Assembly (NCBI GenBank): GCA_951406725.2
Contig: OX597824.1
Coordinates: forward strand, 124,001-188,000
Origin: Octopus vulgaris
Lineage: Eukaryota
Reading direction: 5' to 3'
Length of the DNA: 64,000 nt
How positions within the stretch are numbered: the first letter of the stretch is position 1; every line of letters begins with the position of its first letter. Of this stretch, positions 40,316-55,036 are shown piece after piece. The position numbers and the translations under genes are program-made. The notes below the pieces were generated by a model. That model made no database searches, was not told where the DNA came from, and saw only the letters and a list, made by a program, of their open reading frames with translations.

Positions 40316-40763
40316 CAATGACATCAGTGACCAAAGATTTGAAGTTCATTAACAGGGTGTGCTCTTTTTCGTATTGATAAATGCTATGGGCTGGTGGAAT
40401 ATGTGCAGTCTGTCATGGAAGTTGAATTGATGTTTACGAGCTCCAGGTGAGTAGAAAGAGGTCTTGTTGAGGTTGCCTCATGTAGAGTTGGGGAAGTCGT
40501 TTCAGTAGTCCTGGAATCTCCGGATAAACCGAGAGAGGGAAGTGAAGTTTTCTCTCTTTCTACATCTGAAAGAGTGCATGTGTTGTGTGTATCTGTCTTT
40601 AAAGTTATTGAATGTCGTGCCACATGATATATTGTGCCCAAGGTGCTGAACACAAGGATTGAGCCTGAAACCAGGTAGTCGTTTAAGTAAACTTCTTAAA
40701 CACACCGCCATGGCTGCGCCTATATGGAAAATTTTTAAATTGCTTTTTTTATTATATTTTCAG

Positions 40764-40873
40764 GCTTTGTTATGGAAGACGAAAAAAATGCCATAACTGA
40801 CGAAATTCTATTATTGAATGGTAAATGTCTCAAAGAGTATAACTATGTCGATGTGAAAAACCATATCCAGGAA
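40764..40873 (+). CDS. Candidate coding exon, C-terminal half of a PDZ-like domain
   Basis: Acceptor tttttttattatattttcag, donor GAA|gtaagt. Open frame FVMEDEKNAITDEILLLNGKCLKEYNYVDVKNHIQE ends in phase 0 and resembles the PDZ 'DEIL.VNG..L......V...I' pattern. Confidence 0.5.
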
Positions 40874-40945
40874 GTAAGTATATGTATAGATATTTCCAAA
40901 CCTGTGTGTGCATGTGAGAATATGTGTGTGTGCGTGCGTGCGTGC

Positions 40946-41084
<139 letters not shown>

Positions 41085-41120
41085 TAGATATACGTGTATG
41101 TATATGAATATATACAACAC

Positions 41121-42260
41121 ACAAGAGGAAGTCAAAGATGATACGCACTTTTGCCAAAACTTTCTTTAGGTTAATCATACTGTCTTCAGTACTCACGAGC
41201 TAAAAGTGACACTCTGATGGTTACGGAATCAAGGTTCGACCTTGATCGCTCCAATTTGCTGTCTTGTGTTAAAAAATAAACATAGTCGCTTCGTTGGCAA
41301 TGTGTATCAAGGAAGACCAGAAATCATCGAACCGATTTTTCTGCTCTGAAGATGAGTCAGGTCTGAAATTCATCGCAGGATTTCAGTCCAATACCGAGGA
41401 CAGCGCTCTACCGCGTAGAAGTGTGTAACAGTGGATCGAAAAGTTTAAAAATGGCAAACAAGTGTGAAGCACAAAGAAGGAGCAAAACGCCCATCAACCT
41501 CTACTACTGATATGAAGATTCATCGAGAGATGGTTCTAGCGAACCGACGTGTGACCTTCGATGAAGTGGCATGTTCCCTGTAGATTGGTCTGTGTGAAAT
41601 GGATGCCAAAAGAGCTTATCGAAGCGCATAATCGCAATTGTGTGGAGATCTGTCAGCGATTACTCGACTGCGACAACAATGACGGCGAAGTATCTTTGGA
41701 GAGGATAGTAACAAGAGTTGAGACTTGGGTCCATCACTGAGCCAGAATCCAAAAGGCAAAGTATGGAGTGGAAACACCCGGAATTGCCAGCGAAAAAGAT
41801 ATTCACGATCAACCTGCTGCAGAAAAAGTTATGCTAACTGTTTTTTAGAATGCAAAACGGCCTGTACTGGAACTTACTTGGAAAAGGGGTCTACAATCAC
41901 CAGTGTGGGTCACAGTGAAGTGCTGGCCTACAAACTGAAACTAGCAATTCACCTCAAAGTCGAGTATTATTGCTGCATGACAATGCAAGCCCACATACAG
42001 CCACCCACGCCATTGAAATCATTGAAAAATTGGGTTCCGAATTTCTGGAAAACTCTGCATATAGTCCAGATCTCGCCTTCAAACTATCATCTCTTTTCAC
42101 TGCTCAAACATCCTTTACGAGATCATTGATTTACAGCGGACGAAGAAGCGCAGGAAGCAGTGCATAAAAGATTGCGCAACCAACCGAAAATCTCTGGTGG
42201 AATAAGCAAATTTGTTACCGTTGGAAGACGTAAGGAGACTATGTCGAAAATGAGGTGTGT
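41121..42260 (+). pseudogene. Decayed mariner transposase / element
   Basis: WIEKFKNG, IVTRVETWVHH, PESKRQSMEWKHP, KVMLTVF, LHDNASPH, AYSPDLA motifs across frameshifts. Confidence 0.9.
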
Positions 42261-42299
42261 GTGTGTGCATGTGTCAGTGAATCTGAATATATATATAAC

Positions 42300-43030
42300 C
42301 TTCGGGAATTTATAATGTATTTAGAAACAATAGCAATAGTAATTAGCCTGTTTAATAACTTAAACAGGACTCTAGAATTTGGCATTATCGATTTCTATTC
42401 ATCGATAATACATACCTTTTAACAAATAGAAGGAGGAGTTCCACTTTAAAACTGCATTAGAATATAGGGGCTTCAAAGTCAAAATTAAGTTAATACCCGA
42501 CTCCCTACCCTCCTGAACAAAGAACAGGCATCATTGTATTATCTGGTTCACATCCTCTTACTCATCACATGTAAAGACTATTATATCTAAAAGATTCTTG
42601 GCAGTAGCAGACAGATTCTTTTTCTAATCAACATTATTACGGAGAATGTTTCAATAGAAACTGTTTAACAGTAAGTTATTGTTGTACTGCCAATATGAAG
42701 AACATTACGACAAGCAAAGCGTGAGGATCAACGGAAACATGATGCGTAGACCAAGATGCTGAAGACTGCTCGTTCAATTAGGCTCGCAGTGGCGATGTAC
42801 TTGTGTATGTAACTGAAGTTACCAAGCAGTACGGATCAGTAGATAGTTAACATTACATAGGAATGGAATATGACAAGTTCAAGTTGTAAAGAAAGAAAAT
42901 CCAAATCCTCATCTAATTATGACGGGTAAATCATAACAATACCTACCGTAAAATAAAATGGAAAATATTAGGGCTGACCATGCCATACAAAAACGGAACG
43001 CAATGATTTCATTTATGCATAACAACATTA
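42300..43030 (+). mobile_element. Penelope-like element remnant (RT piece, linker, GIY-YIG endonuclease)
   Basis: FGIIDFYSSI (cf. FDI.DFYPSI), IIWFTSSYSSHVKT, VSYCCTANMKNI, VLVYVTEV…YIG, IKWKILG..PYKNG across frameshifts. Confidence 0.7.
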
Positions 43031-44055
43031 AAAGATCACCAAAATATTTAGATCGGCATCATAGTTTTCATTAGGTGTCGCTACTTCGTCAAGTTTCTGT
43101 TAAAGATTTGGAAACCCGTTTTAGTAGTAGATCAAACAGTTGCTTGTAGAAGCACAACCTATATGTAATCAGAAACAGACATAAACAGCTTCTCGGTTCT
43201 CCCCACCTTGATGCGTCTAGAATATAATAGCTTCAGGGAGACATTTTCAGCTGAGGAGATTGGAGCAACATTAAGTGAAATGCCTTGCTCAAGGAATTGA
43301 ACGCATGCATTATGGTCGTAAACCCAACACCCTAACTTCTAAACCATGAGCCTTCATATACATGCACACACGTTCATACACATACATATGTACTTATATA
43401 CATATGTACACACACACATATATACATGTATACACACACACACACATATATGTATAGACACACATGTATATATAAATATATGCGTATAATTCTTAATTGG
43501 TAGTAACTAACAAAGTAACTCAAGGGCCGGGAGTTTCGTACCTGACGCTTATCAAGTGAAAAGTTTTCTGCACGAAACTCTCAGTTCTTAAATCACTTGT
43601 GCAAATTCCTGCCGATTAAAAATTACTCACACACACACACACACACACATACACACAGACACGCTCACACTCATACATACATTCATCCATCCCTACATAC
43701 AATAAAACATACATATATGCATGCATACATCCATCCATGCTCACATACAAGGTATGCCATAGAAAAATCTTTGATCGTAAAATCTGTCTGATCTGGACCG
43801 GGGTTAAATAGCACCGGCGGTGCTGGTAATAACAGAACAGACTTTCTTTGAAATATTTCAAACATCCTTCCTTCTTTTTTTTTTTATTGTTTTTCAGGAT
43901 TTATGTTGAATATTAAAAATAAAATCCATTATAATTGCCATTAACACATTTACTTTTCCAACTGTACAACATTGCTTTTGTAGTATTGAAATGGAATGTG
44001 ACAAAATTAGAAGCAGCAGATTCAAAAGGTGTTTGTTAGGAAAAAATTAAACTGG

Positions 44056-44460
44056 CCCCGCAGATGTGGCTGTGTGGTAAGACGCTTGCTTCCTAACCAC
44101 ATTGTCGGATCCAGTTCAGTTGCGTGGTTCCTTGGGCAAGTGTCTTCTATTATAGCCCCAGGCCGACCAAAGCCTGGTGAGTGGATTTGGTAGACAAAAG
44201 AGCTGAGAGAATACCGTCGTGTGAACACGGATGTGCTTGTGTGTGTGTGTGTGTTTATGGGTGTTCATGTTTGTATTTTATTTGTTCCCCTTCACCGTTT
44301 GACAACCGGTGTTGGTTTGTGTACGTGTCTGTAACTTTGCGGTTCGGCAAACGGGATTGATGGAATAAATACCAGATTTTAAACATAGGTACGGGCGTTG
44401 ATTTGTTCGAGGAAGCTCTTCAAGTCGGTGCCCCAGCATGGCCGTAGAAAACATGTAAAC
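44056..44460 (+). mobile_element. Full-length SINE family B
   Basis: GTGGCTGTGTGGTAAG…CCTTGGGCAAGTGTCTTC…GGTGCCCCAGCATGGCCG. Confidence 0.85.
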
Positions 44461-44577
44461 GCAAAATTGAAAAAAAAAGGTATATTTTAAAAAATAACAA
44501 ACATGGTATTTTTATAAGTACCACAGAAAAGTTTTAACGTTCCCCCCCCCCCGCCTTTTAGTTAAAGATAGTAGGGT

Positions 44578-45610
44578 AAGGCGGTGAATTAGCGGAATCG
44601 TTATCGCGCCGGACGAAATGCTTAGCGGCATTTCTTTCGACTTAACAGCCTAAGTTCAAATTCTTCCGGTATCGACTTTGCCTTTCATCCTTTCGGAGTC
44701 GATAAAATAAGAACCTGATCAGCACTAGGGTCGCTGTAATCAACTAGAGTCCCTCTTACAAAATTCCAGCCCTTGTGCCCTCTGGTAGGAAGAACTATTA
44801 AACAGCAGGGTAAAAAGCAGCAAGCAGTGCGTCGGTCAAAATGCATTTCTGCTGTATTTTACGTTCCGAGTTCAAACCACACCGAAATTAACTTTACCTT
44901 TTTTACTTTCGAAGTCGATAAAATAAGTACCAGTTGGATACTGGGACCGATGTGATCAATTTACCTCCTCCACTCAAAAATACTGGCCTTGTGTCGAAAT
45001 TTAAAGGAATGCTGGTTAGTTGGGTGGTAGAGCTTCAATCTAAAATGGCAAGCATCACTCGATGCAAGAACTGAACCCACGGCCTTGTGATGGCAAAGCG
45101 ACCACCCTAACAACTAAGCCATGCAGCATCGCTACAGCATCAGGAGTGAGGTTTACACAGAATTTTGTGAAACCAGTTAGAGTAAAGTGCAATATATCAG
45201 AAAAACCTGTCAACCCTTCAAAAATAATATCATTCACCCAGAAGGAATATAGAATAATTAGATTGGTTATATTTCCTTTCTCCCCAGAAGAAGAAAACAA
45301 TCAAATATAAACGAAAATAGAACTGGAGATGATTTTTTTTATTTCTTTCTTCCCGGAGTCAAGAGATACAGGATGAGATTTAAGATGGCGAGCTGGCGGA
45401 ATCGCTTTGCACGTCATACAAAATGGTTAGCGTCATGTCGTCTGTTTTTACGTCCTGAATTCAAATTCCATTGAAGTCGATTTTCCTTTTCATCCATGCC
45501 GGGGGGGGGGGGTCAATAAAATAAGTACCAGTTATGCATTGATGTCGATGTGATCGACTCATCCCTTCTCCCACAATTGCTGCCCTTGTGGCAAAATTTG
45601 AAGCCAATAT
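44578..45610 (+). mobile_element. Three SINE family A copies (44578-44800, ~44800-45005, 45385-45610)
   Basis: Each has a GTTCAAA B-box-like motif and a diverged TTTCATCC/GTCGATAAAATAAG core. Confidence 0.75.
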
Positions 45611-46299
45611 AAAGGCTGTGATCAAAATTTGTACCCCCTACATACTTTGCCAGGTTTAGAAAACAGTGTCTAAAAATTGATCTGTAAAAAGTTGCTTGAA
45701 GTTAGGTCCCTTCTTAAAACAAGAACAAAGGACAAAAATGAATAAATAAAAAGACCAAAATGTTAACTGGTGGAGCTGGTCATTAAATTCCCAAGGGAAT
45801 TCTCGAGAAAGATATACTCCTGGACGAACAGTATGACCAGCAGTATGGTCACTCTTCAAAACTAGCACAATTGATGACCTATTAAACTCCTTCACTGTCC
45901 AGCTATCCACATTCTTTGTTTTCGCTGAATACTACAACTGACCCATCTTCATCATTGCCATAATATTCTACTGCTACAACCATGACCACTACTACTGTCA
46001 CTCCTTTCTTCCCACCTCTGTCCGCTTCATTTTGAATCTACACCCCACAGTTCCATGAATAAATCTGCCAACTGTAAATAAAGTAAAATCTATAATCGCA
46101 TGATACCCCAAAATATGCCAGTTTTCTCAATGCGAGAGACTCTGCATACGCAGTAACTGCAATGTCTCTCGTTTACCTGGGACAAAAACATGCAATTCGT
46201 ACAAGCAGCACCAGCCAATGCCAAAACACACATCTTACACTGCTGCCACTGTTCTTGGACCCCTACTGTTTGTTGCATATATTTTAAGATATAGATGCC

Positions 46300-47120
46300 A
46301 ATTTGAGGAATGTTACAGTGCTGAAATATGCAGATCACATCAAGCTGTACTTCGAAATGAAAAGAACAGATCCTATGTGCGATAGATCTTTCCTGCAATC
46401 AGACCTGGATACAGTGCAGCAATGCATCTCTGACTGTCAACTCAAGCTAGCTGTGGATAAGTGCATCACCATGCATTTTGGGGGGAAAAATCCATCCTTT
46501 ACATACTCTCTCAGCAATACCAATCTCAAGAAGTCTTCTAGCGGATGTGATATGGACATCATTTTAAACAACGGTGTGCATTGGACAAACCACATCTCTA
46601 AGATTGTCCAGAAGGCTGAGGTGGTGCTAGCATCACTCAGTAAGAACTTTGTCAGCCATTCTCCAGTTACCTATTTAAAATTGTATACGACAATGGTACG
46701 TCCACAATTGGAATTTGCATCACCAGTCTGGAACCCCTATCTTGCTCAGCTTATAAATCTCCTGGAAACTGTTCAGAAAAGTACAACAAAACGAATACCC
46801 ACCGTCAGATATCTACCATATTCTGAACATCTTGTTCCCCTGGGCAGGGATACATTTAAGCTCAGACGTCTGGCAACTGACTTGGTTGACACCCACAAGA
46901 TTATCCACCATCTTTCCAACCAACACCTTTTTGAATTCCATATGACAAACACTCGCGGACATGCTTATAAAATCAAAAAACAACACAGCACCCATGACTT
47001 TTGGAAACATTGTTTCACGCTCAGAATTGCTGAAGCATGGAATAAACTACCCGCATCAGTTGTTAGCTGTTGAGACACTACATCCTTCAAAACTTCCATG
47101 CTTCCTGATATCCACCAGCA
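46300..47120 (+). mobile_element. CR1-clade LINE C-terminal ORF2 fragment
   Basis: ORF 46303-47073: KYADHIKLY, LQSDLD, LYTTMVRPQLEFASPVWNPY, NTRGHAYK, FTLRIAEAWNKLP. Confidence 0.92.
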
Positions 47121-48061
47121 GTAGACCTGTAGTTGTAGTGCACCTGAGCAATGTATTCAACGATTTCCTTCATTATATATACATACATACCTACATGTGC
47201 GTGTGTGTGTGTGTGTGTGTATGTGTGTGTGAGAGAGAGAGAGAGAGTTTGTGTGCGTGTTGACTTTCTGTGCAACGTTATATGGTGTTAGTCAACGTAA
47301 TGTCACACAAACCACTTCTGTTCCCACTCAGTGCTACCCCCACACAGTATTCAATATTTAGTGCCAGACTTTCTCTCTTTTCTATCTATTTTTCTCTGTT
47401 CTTCTCATCTCCCCTCTTGTGGGCAAAACCTTCCCTATCTATTTCTATCTGCCTCTCTACCTCTCTGCTGCCTTTCTCTCTTTACTACCTTCTGTTTCTT
47501 CCTCGGTCCATCTCTGTCAACTACCTACTGTCTATCTTTATTCCCTTTTTTCTCTGCACTCCCTCTTTCTTCCTACTTGCTCTCCCCCAACCCTCTCTAC
47601 TCCACTCTGTCTCTCTTTCTTCACTTGTTCGTACAAAAAGATCATCCAATTTTTTATCACTCATCTTTTTTCTACTTGACCAGTGCACAGGTAAGACATG
47701 TATTTTGTTTCATCTCCTGTCTAGCACACACTTCAGACCCCCAGTTTACCTGTTCACTTTTCATTCTTTTCTTTCCTTTTATCCTTCTTCCCTTCTACCC
47801 CATCTTTCCATCCTTCTCCTGAGCCTTCTCATTGTACCTTTGGAACACAAACACCACTATTTTCTTCCTTGTTTGTTAGGTTTCGACATGTAGTGTCCCA
47901 CATTTCGAAATACTTGCAATTTGTATTTTTACTGCTTATGTTTGCTCTACTTGATATATTTCCAAAATCAAACATTTTAATATGCAAAATATACTTCACA
48001 TTATTACATATACTATTTGTTAATGCAAAAAATATTCTGTTAATTGACCATCTTCAAAATA

Positions 48062-48512
48062 ATAACACCATCAATGGAAAGTTCAGTGCCAACTTCTAAG
48101 GCAGTTATGAAAGGCTATCAAGACCAAACACCCAGAAAAACTGATGAATGGGGTCTTGTTTCATTAGGACAATTCAGCACACAAGTCCTTGGTTTCAATG
48201 GCTGCTGTGCGTAACTGGCTTTGAACTGGTTACTCACCCCTCCCTATGTTAGTGATCCGGTTCCATCTGGTTATCATCTGTTTCCCAACATAGAAAAACA
48301 CTCAGCTAGGCACCAGCATCACTGTGATGATGACGTCTTATCTGCTGTTGATGACCATTTTGACCAACAGAATATAGCTTCTTCACCAGTACGATCCAAG
48401 CACTGCAACTACTTATGGAAGTGTGTGGACAGTAAGTGGGAAAATGAACTTCATTTGGTTACATTCCATGAGAGTGTCTTGCTCAGGCTATGAACATTTC
48501 AGCCAACCCTCA
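48062..48512 (+). mobile_element. Mariner 3' half with TIR
   Basis: PPYVSDPVPSGYHLFPNIEKH (cf. PPYSPDLAPSDYHLF); ends GAACATTTCAGCCAACCCTCA|TA. Confidence 0.8.
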
Positions 48513-49214
48513 TAGTAATAACAATTATTATTATAATTGCATCTGTTTTAATGTCAACATCTAAAAAAATCTACATCTTTCATTAAAAAATTTGGACCTG
48601 GGTTTACACCCCCTAAGTAAATTTTGTTCCTGGGCCACTGTGATCACTATTTGTTAATAATGACAATTTAAACTCAAATCAATGAAGAAGAATCAATATG
48701 CCAAAATATAATAATATAATACTGCAAAAATTTAAATGTCTGAATGTAGCAGCAGAAATTAAAGCATAAATAGGAGTTAAAATCACAGTTTTATTGTTAA
48801 TCTTACACTTAAATGCTTAAGAATTATTTAGGAATAATAACAACAGCGATTGCCTGAATTCTTGGTAGAAAAAAAAGAAAGTAAGTTAAGAATTAATGGA
48901 TTAATAAAGGTGTTTTAAACAGCTGTGATGAAAGAAGAGATCTGAAACGGAAACGATGTGAAAGGGCAAATGCAGGAATGGAAAGCAGATTGGCCACTAG
49001 GAAAGTAAAAGAAAAAAGAGAGAATTATGGTAGCAAACGTTCATGTTAGCGAAAAGTGAAGAAACGGAAAGAAAATCATTGAATACGTAACAGAAAAAAG
49101 CATTAAAAAATGTAACTTTAAATTGACGTCATAAAAATTTAGATACTTCGAGAGAACGTCAAATTATTCTATTTTGGAACGGTGGAACTCAAAGCAGATA
49201 AAACTATAAATACT

Positions 49215-49419
49215 AATTTCAAATTTTGGCACAAATCCAGTGATTTCGGGTGAGGGTAAGTCGATTACATCGACCCCAGGGCTCAAACGGGACTTATTTT
49301 ATCGACCCCGAAAGGCAAAGTCGACCTCGGCAGAATTTGAACTCAGAACGTATAGATAGGTGAAATGTTGTTAAGCATTCTGCTCGGCGTGCTGACCACT
49401 CTACCAGTTCGTCGCCTTG
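49215..49419 (-). mobile_element. SINE family A
   Basis: TATCGACCCCGAAAGGCAAAGTCGACCTCGGCAGAATTTGAACTCAGAACG. Confidence 0.85.
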
Positions 49420-49494
49420 GACAAAGCTATAAATGATTACATATAAATATTGTTAGAAAAGGACTCTTTCAATAATGTCTTTATCTCCTTCCAG

Positions 49495-49545
49495 TTTCAC
49501 CGTTCCATAAAAGCATTAGAATCTTAAATATCATAAGACCTCAGT
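49495..49545 (+). CDS. Candidate 51-nt phase 1-1 exon (xSPFHKSIRILNIIRPQ)
   Basis: Acceptor tctttatctccttccag, donor AGT|gtaagt; length divisible by 3; only one frame is open. Confidence 0.3.
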
Positions 49546-50199
49546 GTAAGTATAGTAAGAATGTAAATACATTCTTTCAACGATATTAATGTGTTTAGGG
49601 TGGGTGGAAGGGGAGGAAGAGTCTCTTGACGGACTACTTCACGATATGTTGACTGCTTCTTAGAGGGGAAGAGCAGTCAACAAACTATTTCTTCTGTTCG
49701 TCAATAGCATAGGAAAGATTTTTTCTGTATATCAATAGCATAGAAAAACAGTGTTTGCATTCTTGTTATATCCACAGTAAGGCTTTATAATATTTGAATT
49801 CCTTTCATTTCTTCTAGTTTACGCTGTGTTGTGCAAAAATCTAACCAAAGAATGGATACTTAATGTCAATTGATTGAAGATTAATATAGTCGCATACAAA
49901 AGCGAATGAAATAATTGAAGGATGAAAAGAATACTGAGAGTGACAAGTCACAAAAGAGAGGTAGACTATGATAGGCTAAAAACAATGTAAAAACAAAAGA
50001 AAAAACCTCTTTGATATACTGCAAAAGCAAGAAATCATTGAAAAAAGTTATACGAATAATCAGGGAAACGAAAATGTAATAAATTACGAGTAACAGACGA
50101 CATAAATACAGACTTGTTAAACGAGTCACTGGGACTCTTTGTTGCATTTTGTAAGAAAGAATTTTTAGATATTGGAAAATGGACAAAATGGCATTGGAG

Positions 50200-51060
50200 T
50201 AAATGGTCAAAACCAGATATTATACCACTGTCAAAGAAAGAAATTACCAGTTTCAAACCAACTGTACAGTTTGTTTAATTAATCACCCAAGTAAGGATGT
50301 TTTAACGAAACCAACAATAAAAACGATACTTAATGAAAAACAGGCTTTCGAGAAGATCGATAACGTTAATATTCGAAGTGAAAAAGACGGTGGGTTGGCA
50401 GGATCCCAAGTGCATTGGAAAATGTCTTTTGCACAATTTGTTCTGACCATTTTATATTCTAAGTTTAAATCCCGTCGAGCTCAATTTTTACATTTCATCT
50501 CTCCGAGGATAAAATGAAGACCAGCCAAGTACTGAGGTCAATGTAGATAACTAACCCTTTCTCTTAAAATTGCTGGTCTTGTGTCTAATGTAGAAATAAA
50601 TTTCTGATTGAAAAGTATATGAAAAACTAGCGACACCGTTACAACAAATCTGTTGACATTAAAACAGTTTTGGACAAGGTGTGTTATGAGACACCTTGCC
50701 TTGATATAAGAAATATATCATCAGTCTATCAACAGTAAACGTTATAAAGTCATTTTAAGAACATGCAAAATTGTTCAGTTTTGATTAAAAAGCCAAGTAC
50801 ATTTGTTTCAAACGACATTTGGTGTCAGATAAGGTAGTTACAGATAGCTTTGTCTCTTTTGCAATAAGGCTTTAGCAAGAAATTACTAGAACAGTAAATT
50901 AGCGAGGGTGGAGAATCCCGCCAACGCGGCTTCCAACCGGAGAAAGATAACCTGGTTTAATCCTCCACGCAATCTAGATTTCTTCACAAATACAGCTACA
51001 AGTTTCCTATCCGTAATGAGGCAACACCTAACTAACATCAAAAAGTAGTTCCTTGCTGAA
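50200..51060 (+). mobile_element. Penelope-like element RT remnant interrupted by a SINE A (~50385-50600)
   Basis: TTVKERNYQF…CLINHPSK (cf. TLKDHK.NF…CRLINP.K) and RRKITWFNPP…TN…FL. Confidence 0.65.
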
Positions 51061-51630
51061 TTATTCCCTGGATGTGATGCACTAAAATTATCATTTTCAT
51101 AACAGAAAGGAAATCATTTACTGCATTTTGTTATTTAATACGAATTAATGCTTATAATGTTTTGTCTGGAAGGTTCTGTCGGTCTTGCTTACTGGAACAC
51201 CACGGTCATACACCGTATGTATGTATGTATGTATGTATGTATGTATGTATGTATGTATGTATGTATGTATGTATGTATGTATGTATGTATGTATCTTTGT
51301 ATGTATGTATGTACGCATGTATGTATGTATGTGTGTATGCGCGCATGCCTGTGTGTGCGTAAAATAAGTACGTATGTGCGTGTATCTGTGAGCGCGCGCA
51401 CACACACCCATATATATATACACACACGCATACACACATATATGTGAAGCCATAATTGTAAACAACAATTCTATTTAATATCCTTAAAAATCAAATAAAA
51501 CGTCTATTAATTCCTCCCGGAAAAAAACTATAATTGCATGCGCGGGAAAAGGTGGTGGTGGTGGTGATTGTAGAAGACAAAAGCTTTCATCTAAATAACA
51601 TAAAGTTACACTCCCCCCCCACCTCTCTCT

Positions 51631-51665
<35 letters not shown>

Positions 51666-51786
51666 GACAAAGCGGTAGAGAAGTAAAAGTAAAGAGAAGT
51701 AACTCTAGCCGAGAAAATTGTTGAAAATTACCAAGGGAAGCATAAAAATAACGAGGACTAGTTTTTGTTGTTGTTGTTGTTGTTGC

Positions 51787-51819
<33 letters not shown>

Positions 51820-52082
51820 CGTCGGTGATGGTGAAGATCGAACAGTTCTGAAAAGCGTTCTAGCCCCGACTATTTTGTCCTTTTTTTGGAAAAAATATAT
51901 TTATACGGAGGAGTAGTTAGTGATAGTGGTGTTGAACTATTCCGTTCTGATGAAAGCTGATCCTGCCGTGACCATCTCGTTTATTTTTAATGTCAGGAAT
52001 TATTTTGTCGAATGTATACTTTCTTTGGAATTGTATGATCTGATTTTAGTGAAAATGGGTGGACCGGTTAGCGTGTGGTCTT

Positions 52083-52126
<44 letters not shown>

Positions 52127-52162
52127 GCACACATACTTACATATAAATATGTACACACACAT

Positions 52163-52251
<89 letters not shown>

Positions 52252-52528
52252 TTTAAATATTGAGGGAGATAAATTAATATTAATTTTAATATCAATTTAA
52301 AACCAGTAGTCCAGCATTCAAAAAATCTGAGGAGTCAGAGAAAATTCAAATATATGTGTATATTGGCAGGGCTGGCCTGCTAGGTAGCCGGCCAGAATGC
52401 TAGAAGAAGATCATCAACGATCAAACTACAAGGGAAATTCTCTAGAGGAAGAATTCAGCGAACACCAGAACCAACATTGGCGGGCAGGACATATGAAAAA
52501 TTAAATAAAGTATATATGTATATCTATA

Positions 52529-52601
<73 letters not shown>

Positions 52602-52620
52602 GTACATATGTATGTGTGTA

Positions 52621-52725
52621 TGTCATTATTCAGCCTTATTTCAAGATTTTTTGTCAATAGAGAAGAAGCCACTTTCTAACCTAGATTCAAGGCTCCTTCA
52701 TTGGAATTTCAACACCAACAACAGG
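52621..52725 (-). mobile_element. R4/Dong family 3' end next to a TACA-like repeat
   Basis: Similar to 30858-30960 (TCATTATTCAG…TTTCTAACCTAGAT…AACAGGG). Confidence 0.75.
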
Positions 52726-52832
52726 GGGGGGGTTGTATGTATGGATGTATATGTGCAGATTTGTATGTTGTTTTATGTATGTATTCTCTTACATATAGTT
52801 GCATATTTAAATTATAAACTTCTGTATATATG

Positions 52833-53440
<608 letters not shown>

Positions 53441-53551
53441 GTGAGAGAGAGAGAGAGAGATGCAGAGACAGAGGGACAGAAGAATTTAGGAGGGGCGAGA
53501 AAAAATGACAGAGACACAGTGAAGGGAAAAGAGGAGGGAAAGTGAGCATGG

Positions 53552-53633
<82 letters not shown>

Positions 53634-54822
53634 TACAAAGAACGGACAAGAGGTGCCGGAGGATTGTACCCCAAGGTTTATTGTTCTTCAATTTAACTCT
53701 CCACCGCATACAAAAAGGTTAGCAGTGGTCAAGTGGTAAAGACATTATTCTGCTTGGCGAAGGCATCTGACAATGTTTCTCTGCGGGAAAATTCCGTTGT
53801 ACTGTTAAGTGCAATTTGGCGATTGAGGGCCGAATCCACGCTATGCCTGCATGAAGCCACTACTTATATATATAATTATATGGTGCACACACATTGTACA
53901 GAGTGCTCAGGTGCACTATAACTCGTGTTCGTGCATGACACTTCGTTTCACGTTATTTCCCTGTCTACTTAGCTGTAACGAGTACCAACCGAGTGCTGGT
54001 GGAGCCCTCTCTCCTCTTCCTACCACCAAAACCGTTTCACTAGTTCAAAAGTGAGATGAACACAAGAGGGTATCTATATGGACTCGCGACTACATAGGCA
54101 TCTAAAACAATTAGCAAACCCAGGACCTATAAGAGTGGGGGTGGGGTGGCGTATTTCATCTGGGACATCAGTTCGGGGGCTCAGAGATCCAAGGAGTAGA
54201 CGAGGTTTCTAACACCTCTTCGCTGAACGAGACCCGAAAGTAACCCCGTTTTGCTTTGCAATACTCGCTTAGTGCTGTGTATACATTTGACAATGTAGTC
54301 CTGAATTCATAAAAAAGAAAAGAAAAACAACCCTAGATGGTCCCGGCTGGAACCCTTTTCATAAGAACTGTTCGCTTGTGATTGATTTAGGGCTAACAAC
54401 ACCGTAATTAGGTCTCGTCATTTTTATGTATTCCGTAGCAGTTTAAAAAAAACTTTTTTCTGCTAGGGTTATTACTCTTTACAATATTTCTCTTGGCTGC
54501 TGTTTTCAGCATATGGAAGGACACGCAGAACCGCCCTCATAAACCTAGTTTTGTTTTAAAAATAGGAAAATAGCAAAAGTAGGGTGGAGGCGAAGCAGTA
54601 GAAATGCTAAGTTGTCCGTTTCGTATTAATGTCTTACAATACATACAAGCAGACATACATACATACATGCATATATACTTACACACATACATACATACAC
54701 ACATACATACATACATACCTACATACATACATATGCATGTATATGTTACGTGTGTGTGTGTATCACATATATATATGTGTGTGTGTGTGTGTTATATATG
54801 TGTCATATATACATATATATGT

Positions 54823-54853
<31 letters not shown>

Positions 54854-54978
54854 ATATATATATGTATGTGTGTGTCATAACTATAGGGTTTCAGTTTCCG
54901 TCTAATAAATCCACTCAGAAGTGTCTGTGTGTGTGTGTGTGGATAGCTATTGATAGATGTATATTCATGTTTACATAC

Positions 54979-55033
<55 letters not shown>

Positions 55034-55036
<3 letters not shown>

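Larger units (their letters stand above)
45619..48640. mobile_element. Putative hAT-like element expanded by nested insertions
   Basis: Left part matches 31970-32141; right end GTTCCTGGGCCACTG reverse-complements to CAGTGGCCCAGGAAC, 11/15 identical to the 31912 terminus. Confidence 0.4.

Noticed and set aside
44056-44140. tRNA-like A/B boxes at SINE heads
   Set aside because: No cloverleaf; they continue into SINE bodies, so not tRNA genes.
48847-48880. 34-nt phase 0-1 mini-exon that would link the two candidate coding exons
   Set aside because: Good donor but no polypyrimidine tract; the peptide is uninformative.
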